A stretch of DNA of 64,000 nt from an uncultured Planctomycetota bacterium (GTDB lineage Bacteria; Planctomycetota; Planctomycetia; Gemmatales; Gemmataceae), in the NCBI GenBank assembly GCA_963849325.1, contig CAWKHF010000012.1, forward strand, positions 1 to 64,000, read 5' to 3'. This document shows, piece by piece, positions 52,482-64,000 of this stretch. How positions within the stretch are numbered: position 1 is the stretch's first letter; each line of letters begins with the position of its first letter. Both the position numbers and the translations under genes were made by a program. The notes under the pieces were generated by a model that made no database searches, was not told the origin of the DNA, and saw only the letters and a list, made by a program, of their open reading frames with translations.

Positions 52482-52539
52482 CCGAGCCGCGACCGTAAGG
52501 AAGCGGTGCGTTCTCCGCTCCCTTACGGTCGCGGCTCGG
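52482..52539. repeat. REP-like palindrome (CCGAGCCGCGACCGTAAGG(A/G)AGCGG and its inverse)
   Basis: 25-bp inverted repeat with one mismatch; contains the dnaJ TAA stop. Confidence 0.85.
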
Positions 52540-53663
52540 TTGGGTCCGCCGGGGCGTCGGGCGTGAAGAATTCGCGGATGCGGTCGAGAAAGCTCTTGTG
52601 TTCGGGCGGCACTTCGGTCCCGTCGATCTCCTCCAGCTCCTGAAACAGTTCTTCCTGGCGCTTGGTCAGTCGGCGCGGCGTGACGACGCGAACATGGACG
52701 ACCAGGTCGCCCGGTCGGCCGCCGCGCAAATGGGGCATCCCCTTGCCGGAGATGCGGACTTCGTCGCCGCTCTGCGTGCCGCGCTTCAGCGTGTGCGTGA
52801 CGAACTGGCCGTCCAGCGTCGGCACCTCAATGGGCCGGCCCAGCGCGGCCTGGCTGATCGTCACCGGCACCTCGCAGTGCAGATCCTGGCCGTGGCGAAC
52901 GAACAGCGGATGCTTGCGGACACGGAGGACGCAGTACAGATCGCCCGGCGGCGCGCCGCGCTCGCCGGCCTCGCCTTCGCCGGAGAGACGGATGCTGACG
53001 TCGTTGTCCACGCCCGGCGGGATGTTCACGGTCAGCGAACGCTCGACCTCAATGGCCCCGCGTCCGCGACAGGTCCGGCAGGGATCGGTGATGACCGCGC
53101 CCTGACCACCGCACGCCCCGCACGTCTGCTGGATACGGAAAAAGCCCTGGCCCTGGATGACGACGCCGTGTCCGCCGCAGCGCCGGCAGGTCGCCGGTTT
53201 GGTGCCCGGCTTGGCCCCGCTGCCGGAACAGTCGGCGCACGACTCGGCGCGAGGGATTTTGATCTCCTTCTTGACGCCGCGAGCCGCCTCCAGCAGGTCG
53301 ATCTCGATCGCCATCTGCAGGTCGCGGCCGGGCTGCGGGCCGCGACGCCGGCGACCGCCAAAGATGTCGCCGAAAATGTCGCCGAACAGGTCCATGACTG
53401 AGTCGGCGTTGGCGAAGTTCGGCATGCCGGCGCCTTCCAGCCCGGCATGGCCGTAGCGATCGTAGGCCTGGCGCTTGCGCGGATCGCGCAGCACCTCGTA
53501 AGCCTCGGCCGCCTCCTTGAACTTGATCTCGGCTTCGTGGTCGCCGACGTTGCGGTCGGGATGATACTGCATGGCCAACTTGCGATAGGCCTTCTTGAGC
53601 GTGTCGTCGTCGGCGTCTTCGCGAAACGCCAAGGACCTCGTAATAGTCCCGCTTGCCGGCCAT
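52523..53663 (-). CDS. dnaJ: Molecular chaperone DnaJ; frame break near 53625
   Basis: [13 protein letters not shown] in one frame, then the HPD motif, G/F region and four CxxCxGxG repeats in the next. Confidence 0.95.
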
Positions 53664-53670
53664 ATTCCAG

Positions 53671-53757
53671 AGGGGTCAGGGGTCAGGGGTCAGGGGTCAG
53701 AAAAGAACAAACCCAGGTATTTCTTTTCTGACCCCTGACCCCTGACCCCTGACCCCT
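53671..53757. repeat. Inverted tandem heptamer repeat (AGGGGTC)4...(GACCCCT)4
   Basis: Directly visible between groEL2 and dnaJ. Confidence 0.9.
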
Positions 53758-53769
53758 TTTCCTCCTCGG

Positions 53770-55385
53770 TTAGCGGATGGCGCCCTGCACCTTGCTGCCC
53801 GGCTCCTCCTCGTCGATCTTGGTGATCATCACCTCGGTCGTGAGCATGAGTCCGGCGATGCTGGCGGCGTTGACCAGGGCCGAGCGCGTCACACGGGTCG
53901 GATCGACAATGCCGGCCTTGTACATGTCCACGTACTCGCCGGTATTGGCATTATACCCGAAGTTGGCCGACTTTTGCCGCGCCACTTCGTCGGCGATGAC
54001 GGCGCCGTCGGAACCCGAATTCTCGGCGATGGTACGGATGGGCTTTTCCAGCGCCCGCACCACGATCTCGGCGCCGAGCTTCTCGTCGCCCTTGAGCTTG
54101 TCGGCCAGGGTGGTGACGGCCGAGATGCAGCGGAGCAGGGCGACGCCGCCGCCGGGCACGATGCCGTCGGCCACCGCCGCCCGCGTGGCATGCAGGGCGT
54201 CCTCGACGCGGCCCTTGGTCTGCTTCATCTCCGCCTCGGTGGCGGCGCCGACGCGGACGATGGCCACGCCGCCCGTCAGCTTCGCCAGCCGTTCGCTGAA
54301 CTTCTCCTTGTCGTATTCGCTCTCGGTCTGCTCCATCTGAGCGCGAATCTGCCCGATCCGCTTCTCGATGTCGCCCTTCTTGCCGGCGCCGCTGATGATG
54401 GTGCAACTCTCCTTCTCGACCTTGACCGTCTTGGCCCGGCCGAGCTGCTCCAGCTCGACGTTCTCCAGCTTCAGGCCGAGGTCTTCGCTGATGAACTGTC
54501 CGCCGGTGAGGATGGCGATGTCGCCGAGCATGGCCTTGCGACGGTCGCCGAAGCCGGGCGCCTTGACGGCGCAAACTTGCAGGATGTTCCGCAGCCGATT
54601 GATGACCAGGGCCGCCAACGCCTCGCTCTCGACGTCCTCGGCGATGATGAGCAGCGGCTTGGCCGACTGCGCCACCTTCTCCAGCAGCGGCAGCATGTCG
54701 CGGACGTTGTTGAGCTTCTTCTCGTAGATGAGGATGTAGGCGTCTTCCAGCTCGCAGGTCATCTCCTGCGTCGTAATGAAGTACGGCGAGATGTAGCCCT
54801 TGTCGAATTGCATGCCCTCGACGAACTCCAGCGTCGTCTCGGAGGTCTTGCCCTCCTCGACGGTGATGACGCCGTCCTTGCCGACCTTCTCGAAGGCGTC
54901 GGCCATCAACTGGCCGATCTTCGGATCGTTATTGGCGCTGATGCCCGCCACTTGCGCCATCTCTTCCTTCTTGGACAGCTTCTTGGACAGGCCGTCCAAT
55001 GCTTCGACGACCGCCTCGACGGCCTTGTCGATGCCGCGCTTGACGGCCATCGGGTTGGCGCCGGCGGTAATGTTGCGCAGCCCTTCCTGATAGATCGACA
55101 GGGCGAGAATGGTCGCCGTGGTGGTGCCGTCACCGGCCACGTCGCTGGTCTTCTGGGCCACGGCGTTGACCAGCTTGGCGCCCATGTTCTCGAACGGGAT
55201 CGGGCAGGTCGATTTCCTTGCTGACGGTGACGCCGTCCTTGGTGACGGTCGGACCGCCGAAGCTCTTGTCGAGGATGACGTTACGGCCGGTCGGCCCCAG
55301 GGTGATGCCCACGGCATGGGCCAGCTTATCGGCACCGACGAGCAGCTTCTTGCGCCTCGTCGGTGTAGAGCAGTTGTTTCGCCAT
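53770..55385 (-). CDS. groL: Chaperonin GroEL (copy 2, no GGM tail); frame breaks near 55355 and 55200
   Basis: MAKQLLY..., [44 protein letters not shown]. Confidence 0.95.
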
Positions 55386-55403
55386 CTGCGTGTTCTCCCA
55401 AAA

Positions 55404-55484
55404 AGCGATCAGCGTCCAGCAATCAGCGGTCAGCAAAACAAATGACGCTGACCGCTGATTGCTGATTGCTGATCGCTGATTGCT
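55404..55484. repeat. Inverted degenerate heptamer repeat (AGCRRTC-like)n...(GCTGAYY)n
   Basis: Directly visible between the groES stop and the groEL2 start. Confidence 0.8.
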
Positions 55485-55797
55485 TACTTGGTGACCTTGG
55501 CGAGGATGTCGCCTTCCCGCATGATCTTGATTTCGCGGCCATCCACTTCAATGTCGTTGCCGCTGTAACGGCCGTAGATGACCTCGTCGCCTTTGTGGAC
55601 CGCCAGGCCCAGCGTTCGCCGTTGTCGCGGAGCTTGCCGGGACCGACGGCCAGCACGCGGCCGCGCTGCGGCTTCTGCTTGGCACTGTCGGGCAACAGAA
55701 TGCCGCCCGTCGTCTTCTCCTCGGCTTCCAGCGGCTCGACCACCACGCGATCGTCCAGCGGCCGAACCTTCAAGTGGATCTCTTTTTCCTTCGCCAT
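55484..55797 (-). CDS. groS: Co-chaperonin GroES; frame break near 55610
   Basis: [11 protein letters not shown]...[18 protein letters not shown], then [12 protein letters not shown]...EGDILAKV. Confidence 0.95.
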
Positions 55798-55827
55798 GTT
55801 CAATTCCTCCGTTCGGCGAAACGCCGT

Positions 55828-57529
<1,702 letters not shown>

Positions 57530-57675
57530 TTACCGTTCTCCTTTCGCTAGCTGGACTTCCGGCTCAATGGCTTTCAGGGACGCGCCCGGTCCTTCAAGGA
57601 CCGGCGAGCAGAAATACTTCTCGTGGATCGCACGCGGACCACGAGGGAGGATCGCTTGTACGTGTGACCCCAGTA

Positions 57676-57692
57676 AGCAACTGATGTGCCGG
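57676..57692 (-). promoter_or_regulatory. Candidate sigma-54 (-24/-12) promoter of the chaperone operon
   Basis: Minus strand CCGGCACATCAGTTGCT gives GG-N10-GC and GGCAC-N5-TTGCT. Confidence 0.6.
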
Positions 57693-57908
57693 AAGAAGGA
57701 GGCATAGCAAGTGATGGAAACAAAAAGACTTAAGTCAAGACATTCGGAACAGCCTCTCGGAGAGGAACAGCCAATTTGGCAGAGAAAGGCGAGAGGGCTG
57801 ACAAAAGTGTCTTCGAGCGTTGCGACCTTCCTCCGGGGAGGTAAACTAACCAGCTGGGCTCGCCGTCGAGGCCAGGAAGGCGTTCCTCGGGGAAGGATTG
57901 GTTCCACC

Positions 57909-60441
57909 ATGATGAGGTTCAGCCAGATGAAGACAACGAAACTCCTCCTTGCCCTTGTTGCACTCATCAGCCAATTGGGACAAGGGAGACTTCGAGCGTT
58001 CGCCGATCCGCCGGCGCAAAGAGCCGTGACCTCGGCGAAGCCGGGGACGCACGTGGACCACTACGGAGATCCCTTGCCGGAGCGGGCCGTTTGCCGCCTG
58101 GGTACGCGCCGACCTTTACACTATACCTCCGTCATTAACGTCGCCTTCTCCCCGGATGGCCGGCGCTTTGCGTCGACCGCCCTCGATGGAACCTTGGTGG
58201 TCTGGTCCTGGTTGTCCGGAAAGGTTCTCCACGTCTTCCCCCCTACACCACGCTCGAACCTCATGGCTTGCAATTCTCTTGGGACAACCGATACCTCGCG
58301 GGGTTCGATGGGAAAGGGGTCGTGATCTGGGATGTAAGTGCCGGCCGGCCCATTCACCACGGCGCGGCCGTCCGATATCCGGCGTTCTCCCCCGATAACA
58401 AACGGATCGCGTGGCTCAGCGATACCCGCTCCATCCGTGTCCTCGCTCTCGGCGCGGGCAAGGAACCCGAAACGGTGTTACGGGGTCACGACGTCCTGGC
58501 CCTTGGCTACGACAAGGACGGTCATTTGCGGATCGTGGAGCATCGCAAGCCGATGCTCTCCTTACGCGACCTTGAGACGGATCGTCCAATCGCCGCCATC
58601 GACCTCGGCGCGGATCCCCTGGGTGGGTGGAGATCGCTTCGGAGGGTTCCTCCTTTGCCGTCCTCACCCGGAAAACGGGCATCACCTTGCGAGACACGGG
58701 GACGGGCGAGCAACTCGGCCGCCTGGCGAAACCGCCGGACAACTTCACGCCGGCGACGCTGAGCCGCGATGGGGAGAAGATTCTGCTGAAGGGTGGAGCG
58801 GGCGCGGACGCGGCCTTTCAAATCTGGGATGTGAAAAAAGGGAAAAAGGTCTGCGCCATTGACCGGAACGGGGGGTATGGCGGGGCTCGCTTCGGCGCCT
58901 TCTCTCCGGACGGCAAGCTCCTGGCGGTCGGCGGTACGAACATCCCGGATACCGCTTCCTTCTGGGACGCCAAAACCGGAGAGCGCGTCGAGAAGTCCCC
59001 CGGACACAACGCCTTGATCTCCGCCGTGGCCTTTTCGCCCAACGGCGCGGAGGTCGCTACCTGTAGCGTTGTGGTGAGAGATCCCATTGTACGCATTTGG
59101 GATGTGAAAACGGGCCGACTGCTGCGTACATTTGAGGCTCATCCATTCGGCGTCGAACGAGTTGTCTACACGCCGGATGGGACGAAGTTGATCACGGGCG
59201 GCTGGGGGGATCCGGATGCCAGAAACGTGCGCGTCTGGGACGCACGCACTTTGAAGCGGGTGAGGGAGATCAAAGTAAACTGGTATGGGGTGGGGCATTT
59301 GGCGGTTTCCGCCGATGGCGAGCGCGTCGTCGCCGTCCGCACGGGCACCACCCCCGACGAGGTCATCGTCTGGGACGTCAAAACGGGCAAGAAGTTGCAT
59401 GAACACCCCAGGCTCGGCCAGAGCACTCAGGGCATTGCCTTCCTGCCGGGGGGCCAGACTTTGCTCATCTGCAATTATTCCGCAATCCGCTCGTGGGACG
59501 TCGCGGCCGCTCCGGGAAGCGGGGAGCGCGAGCTCGCCCGCGGAGTGAAACTGCACATGGCGCTCTCCCCCGATGGTCGAGTCGTCGCCCTGACGAGTGA
59601 GTCCAAGGGCACGACAAGGCTGATTGAAGTGATCTCGGGCCAGGAGATTTGCCGGTTCGGAGACGACCGGAGAGGAAGGAGCATCGCCTTCTCCCCGGAT
59701 GGTCGCACCCTCGCGCTGGGCACTGCGGAGGGTACGATTCAGCTTTTGGATTGGCCCACCGGCCGGGAGTGTCTTTTCTTCCGCGCGTACGATCGCGGCA
59801 TGTGGCGCCTGACCTTCTCTCTGGACGGCAAACGGTTGGCCTCGGTCGGCGGCGATCTGGAAAGGGCCACCGCTTTATTGTGGGATGTGGCGGATGCCAC
59901 TGGGCAACAACTTCGGCCAGTGAAGGCGGGAACCCGGCAGATCGAAGCGTGGAGCGAGGCGCTGGCCGATTGGGACGCCGCCTCGGCCTATCGGGCGGTC
60001 TGGAACCTCGTCGCCGCCGAGGAGCCAAGCTTAGCCGCACTGAAAACGCGGATGACGGCGCGAACCGCGCTTTCCCACGGGGACATCACCCGGCTGATCG
60101 CCGACCTGGATAGTGATGATTTCGCGGTGCGTGAGAAGGCTCAGAGGAGACTACTACGAGCCGGCGACCAGGCCATCGGAGAGTTGCGAGCGGCCCTAAA
60201 AGGCCCCGTCTCCCTGGAACAGAAACGGCGTCTGCAACATATTCTCGAAACCCTTCCCACTCAGCCCATCCCTTCGGAAGACCTGTTCGCCGTTCGCGCC
60301 GTCATGGTCCTGGAACAAATCGGCGATCGGAATGCCCGGAGGCTGCTACGTGAGTTGGCAAAGGGAGACGACAAAGCGCGTAGGACGCAAGAGGCCCGCT
60401 CGTCACTGAAACGGTTAGACTCTCACCGGAATGAGCCTTAA
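57909..60441 (+). CDS. Secreted WD40-repeat protein; frame breaks near 58250 and 58625
   Basis: Signal peptide, DHYGDPLPERAVCRLG N-terminal motif, many AFSPDG...WD repeats, and a C-terminal helical domain (LIADLDSDDFAVRE, RAVMVLEQIG). Confidence 0.85.
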
Positions 60442-60571
60442 CGAGTCACGGGCTGTGCTGCCTTTGTATCATGTCCGTTTACGGTTAAGATGGTCGAGAC
60501 GCTGTCCAGTCGTGATTCGTCTTCCAGCCGCGGCCGCCCGGCGAACTGGGGACCTGCCTTGGGGGTCAACC

Positions 60572-62980
60572 ATGCGGAGGCGAAATCGGGCGTTGGGTCT
60601 GATGGTGGGCATGGGGCTGATACTGGCGGCATCGACGCCGGCACAGGCTCTTATCACGAGCCTGACGCCGCTGCGTGACGTGCTCAAGGAAGCGACCTTC
60701 ATCTGCACCGCCCACGTCGAATCGGTGGACGCCGACCGGCCGGCACTGGTGTTGGTGGTGGACGACGATCTTAAGGGCAAGTCGCCGCTGCGAAAGCTGC
60801 CGGTGCTGCTCAAGGGCGATGCCGAGGCCCGCAAGGGCAACCACGTCTCCCTGATCCTCAAGCGCGTCGCTCCGAAGCTGCCGCTCATCCTGTTCATACT
60901 CCAGCGCGACAAGAAATACACGGCGTTCGCCTACAGTAACGGCACCTGGTTTCAAATCATCGGCGCCGAGGCCGACGGTATGGTGCGTTGGAGCTTCACG
61001 CACGGCGAGCCGTACCTGCGCAAGACCTTCAAGGGCAGCACGGCCGAACTGAAACAGATCGTCGTCGAGAGCCTCGCCGGCAAGAAGAAACCGCCCGATC
61101 CGGACGTCAAGGAAAAGCCGGGGTTTGGCCCCGAGGTCGAGGCGGAGAAGAAATCGGATCGCCGAGAAACGCCCTCGGCAGGTCCGCTTTTCGCCGTCAT
61201 CCCGACCGTGCTGGTGGGCGGGCCGTTGGCGATCCTGGCGATGCTGTTTCCGGCGGTGTTCGGCGGGCTGATGCTGGTGCTGCGACGGTGGATGGCGGCC
61301 CTGTCGGTGCTGAGCCTGAATAGCACTTTGTACCTGGCTCAGAACTGGGGTATGCGCTGGCTCGCCGGCTCCTGGTGGGGCACGCCACTGGCACTGTGGC
61401 TGACCATGACTGTCGTGACGCTCCTCGGTCTGCTGTGGGCATGGCGGCGACACGTCGCCTTGCTAGCCGCGCCGGCTCCCGACGCCAAGGGAACAGAGAA
61501 GGGGGCCACCTTGTCACCGGGTCGCGGCGAGCTGGTGACGCTCGGCGTCCTGAGCGTGGCGTGCCTGGCGACCGTGGCCTTCGCACTGCCGCACTCGCTG
61601 GCCCAGCTCGACCTGTGGGGCAAGACGCTGCTGATGTTCAGCGCCGGCCTGTGGATGGCGACACTGCACGCCCTCTGGTTGCGCTGGCGGGCAACGAGAA
61701 GGAGCGAGGTCAAACCGGGACTGCCCGGCGAGGGCGTCCTGTTGTGGACGATGCTGCTGGCCGGCGTCGGCTTCAGCGCGACGTTCCTGAACGAATCATC
61801 CGGTGCCGGCACCGGCGCGGACGACGGCGGGCCGTATCGCGTGGCCTGGCGCTTCCGGCCGTCCGTGGAGCGCTGCTGGATCGCGTCGTCGCCGGTCGTC
61901 GCCGGCGACCGCGTCTACGTCGGCGTGGTGCTGCCGTCGGCCTTCAAGAGCAGCGGCGCCCTCTACTGCCTCGACCGCCGCACCGGCAAGGAAATCTGGA
62001 TGTTCAACGACGACGGCGACATGAAGGACGTGTTCTCGTCGCCGTGCGTGGCCGACGGCCGCGTCTACGTCGGCGAGGGTTTCCATCAGCACGCCGACTG
62101 CAAGCTGTACTGCCTCGACGCGGCGACCGGCAAGAAGCTGTGGGACTTCGCCACCACCAGCCACACCGAATCGTCGCCATGCGTGGCCGACGGCAAGGTC
62201 TACTTCGGCGCCGGCGACGACGGACTGTACTGTCTGGATGCGGAGAGCGGCAAGGAGCGTTGGCACTTCAAGGGACTGCACGTCGATGCCAACCCGCTGG
62301 TGATCGGCGACCGCCTCTACGGCGGCAGCGGCATCGGCGACGTCTGCAAGGACACGGTGCTGTTCTGTCTCCACGCCGCCACGGGCGCGGTGTACTGGCG
62401 CTTGCCGACCGACCTCCCGGTGTGGGGCATGCCCACCGTGCAGGGCGATCATCTCTACGCCGGCATCGGTAACGGCAACTTCCTGGAGAGCGCCGACAAG
62501 CCGGCCGGCGCCGTGCTGTGTCTGGAGAAGGCGACGGGCCAGCGCGTCTGGCGCTACGACGTCCGCGACGGCGTTCACGTCCGCATCGGAGCGGACGTGA
62601 AAAACGTCTGGTTCGCCTCGCGCGATCGACATTGCTACTGCCTGGACCGTTCGGAGGGCACGTTGCGCTGGAAAACGGACCTCGGCAGTCCGATTTTGGC
62701 GTCGCCGTTCCTCGTCGAGTCCGGTAGCGGGACGTCGCTGTACGTTGCCGCCAGTGCCGGCCCCCTCAGCCGACTCGACGCGGAGAGCGGCAAGATCATG
62801 TGGACTTTCGACGCGGCCAAGGACACCGAACAGAAGGCGACGGTCTTTTCCTCGCCGCTGGTGGACGTGCGCCGAGGAAAGGGCGAGTCCCGCTTGATCT
62901 GGCTTGGCTGCGGTCTAAACGACTTCCAGCGCGGCATCCTTTACTGTCTGGAAGAGCGCCTCGCCGAAAAAGCCGGGTAG
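60572..62980 (+). CDS. Membrane protein with a C-terminal PQQ-like (BamB-type) beta-propeller
   Basis: Signal peptide, several TM helices, and repeats of SSPxVxDGxVY...LYCLDxxTGxxxW. Confidence 0.85.
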   Translation: MRRRNRALGLMVGMGLILAASTPAQALITSLTPLRDVLKEATFICTAHVESVDADRPALVLVVDDDLKGKSPLRKLPVLLKGDAEARKGNHVSLILKRVAPKLPLILFILQRDKKYTAFAYSNGTWFQIIGAEADGMVRWSFTHGEPYLRKTFKGSTAELKQIVVESLAGKKKPPDPDVKEKPGFGPEVEAEKKSDRRETPSAGPLFAVIPTVLVGGPLAILAMLFPAVFGGLMLVLRRWMAALSVLSLNSTLYLAQNWGMRWLAGSWWGTPLALWLTMTVVTLLGLLWAWRRHVALLAAPAPDAKGTEKGATLSPGRGELVTLGVLSVACLATVAFALPHSLAQLDLWGKTLLMFSAGLWMATLHALWLRWRATRRSEVKPGLPGEGVLLWTMLLAGVGFSATFLNESSGAGTGADDGGPYRVAWRFRPSVERCWIASSPVVAGDRVYVGVVLPSAFKSSGALYCLDRRTGKEIWMFNDDGDMKDVFSSPCVADGRVYVGEGFHQHADCKLYCLDAATGKKLWDFATTSHTESSPCVADGKVYFGAGDDGLYCLDAESGKERWHFKGLHVDANPLVIGDRLYGGSGIGDVCKDTVLFCLHAATGAVYWRLPTDLPVWGMPTVQGDHLYAGIGNGNFLESADKPAGAVLCLEKATGQRVWRYDVRDGVHVRIGADVKNVWFASRDRHCYCLDRSEGTLRWKTDLGSPILASPFLVESGSGTSLYVAASAGPLSRLDAESGKIMWTFDAAKDTEQKATVFSSPLVDVRRGKGESRLIWLGCGLNDFQRGILYCLEERLAEKAG

Positions 62981-63000
62981 CACGCGGAGGCCACGACCCG

Positions 63001-64000
63001 ATGATGCCTCGTCACGAACCGCCGCGCACTCTGCCGGACCAGTTCATCCGCGAGTCGCTTCAACATCCCGCGAGCCTGCGCGAGTTCCTCCAAGATGCGG
63101 TGCCCCATCTGGCGGCCGGATTTGACTGCGCGGCGCGCGTCTGATGGACCGCGAGTTTCCGCTGGACGATTGGCGGAACCGAGAGGCGGACCTGCCTTTC
63201 GAGGTGCCCTATCGCACCGAGGAAGGAGAGCGGTTGGCGCTGGTGTGCGTCTTGATCGAGCACCAGAGCGATACGGACCCGCTGATGCCACTGCGATCCC
63301 TGTATTTCGCCGTGGGCTATTGGGATCGACAATGGAGGACATGGGCGGCGCTGCCGCGCCCGCGTCCTCCACTCCGGCTCTCTCCCGTGCTGCCGATCGT
63401 TCTGTACACAGGCCCCACTCCGTGGGGGAGCAACCGGACGATGGCCGACCTGCTGACGGAGCCCCAAGCGTTTCACGTCTTCGCGCCGGTGTGGGAACCG
63501 TTATTCTGGAACCTGGCGGAGCGCACGCCGCACGAATTGCTGAACAGCGGCGCTGCCTGGCTGGAGATGCTGTCCGTGGTCCGGGCCGAGCATGCGGAGG
63601 CAGCGGAATTTCGGGCGGTATTCACCGAGGCGACGCAACGATTGGCCTCTCTGCAAGGTCGAGATGAGGTGCGTTGGCACGATTTCATGCGAATCGTCTT
63701 AACCTATGCGTCGTGGCGGAGACCCCTCGCGGAGCGCGAGCCGTTGGTCGAAACTGCCCTGCGAATCAATCCTACCCGACAGGCCGAGGTACAACAGATG
63801 ACACAGACCATTGCCGAAGCATGGATTGAGGAGGGACGTGCCCGGGGGCGCGCCGAGGGCGAGCTGCTTGCTTACCGCGACAGCTTGCGGCGATTTCTCT
63901 CGTTGCAATTCCATCCCGTACCGGGGGCCATCCTGCAACGGATCGAAACCTGTATCGATGTCGAGCGTCTCAAAACCGCCATCGATCGCGTGCCGCAAAT
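63001..64000 (+). CDS. Rpn family recombination-promoting nuclease / putative transposase (YhgA-like); frame breaks near 63140-63180, 3' end outside the window
   Basis: DQFIRESLQHP...EADLPFEVPYR...VLIEHQS...PVLPIVLYTG and C-terminal IAEAWIEEGRARGRAEG. Confidence 0.85.

Noticed and set aside
1102-55484. Repeats as a CRISPR array
   Set aside because: There is no direct repeat-spacer periodicity and no cas gene; the repeats are isolated palindromes.
57530-57900. CIRCE element upstream of groEL
   Set aside because: TTAGCACTC-N9-GAGTGCTAA was not found on either strand.

Overview
GC-rich bacterial DNA. The gene content points to Planctomycetota, probably a Gemmataceae-like genome: DUF1549/DUF1553 and DUF1501 proteins, WD40 and PQQ propellers, ECF sigma factors, and a groEL-groES-groEL-dnaJ-grpE operon. 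The taxonomy is inferred from gene families only. Many genes, including groEL, groES and dnaJ, carry single frame breaks that are best explained as indel errors of an unpolished long-read assembly, so split ORFs are joined here. Main content: a tetraheme cytochrome fused to a UshA-like domain; two ECF sigma loci, one coupled to a ~3,100-aa anti-sigma/FecR/VIT/vWA/TPR protein; a pair of apparently exported clan CD proteases (C14 caspase-like plus a ~2,600-aa TPR-CHAT); a MazF-type module inserted between DUF1553 and DUF1501 genes; a tripartite HipBST-like island with three operator repeats; a DUF5678/aspartyl protease pair; the chaperone operon with a sigma-54-type promoter; and an Rpn-family nuclease at the right edge. 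Intergenic regions hold many palindromic REP-like and tandem 7-mer/10-mer inverted repeats, several of which overlap stop codons. No rRNA, tRNA or CRISPR array was seen.
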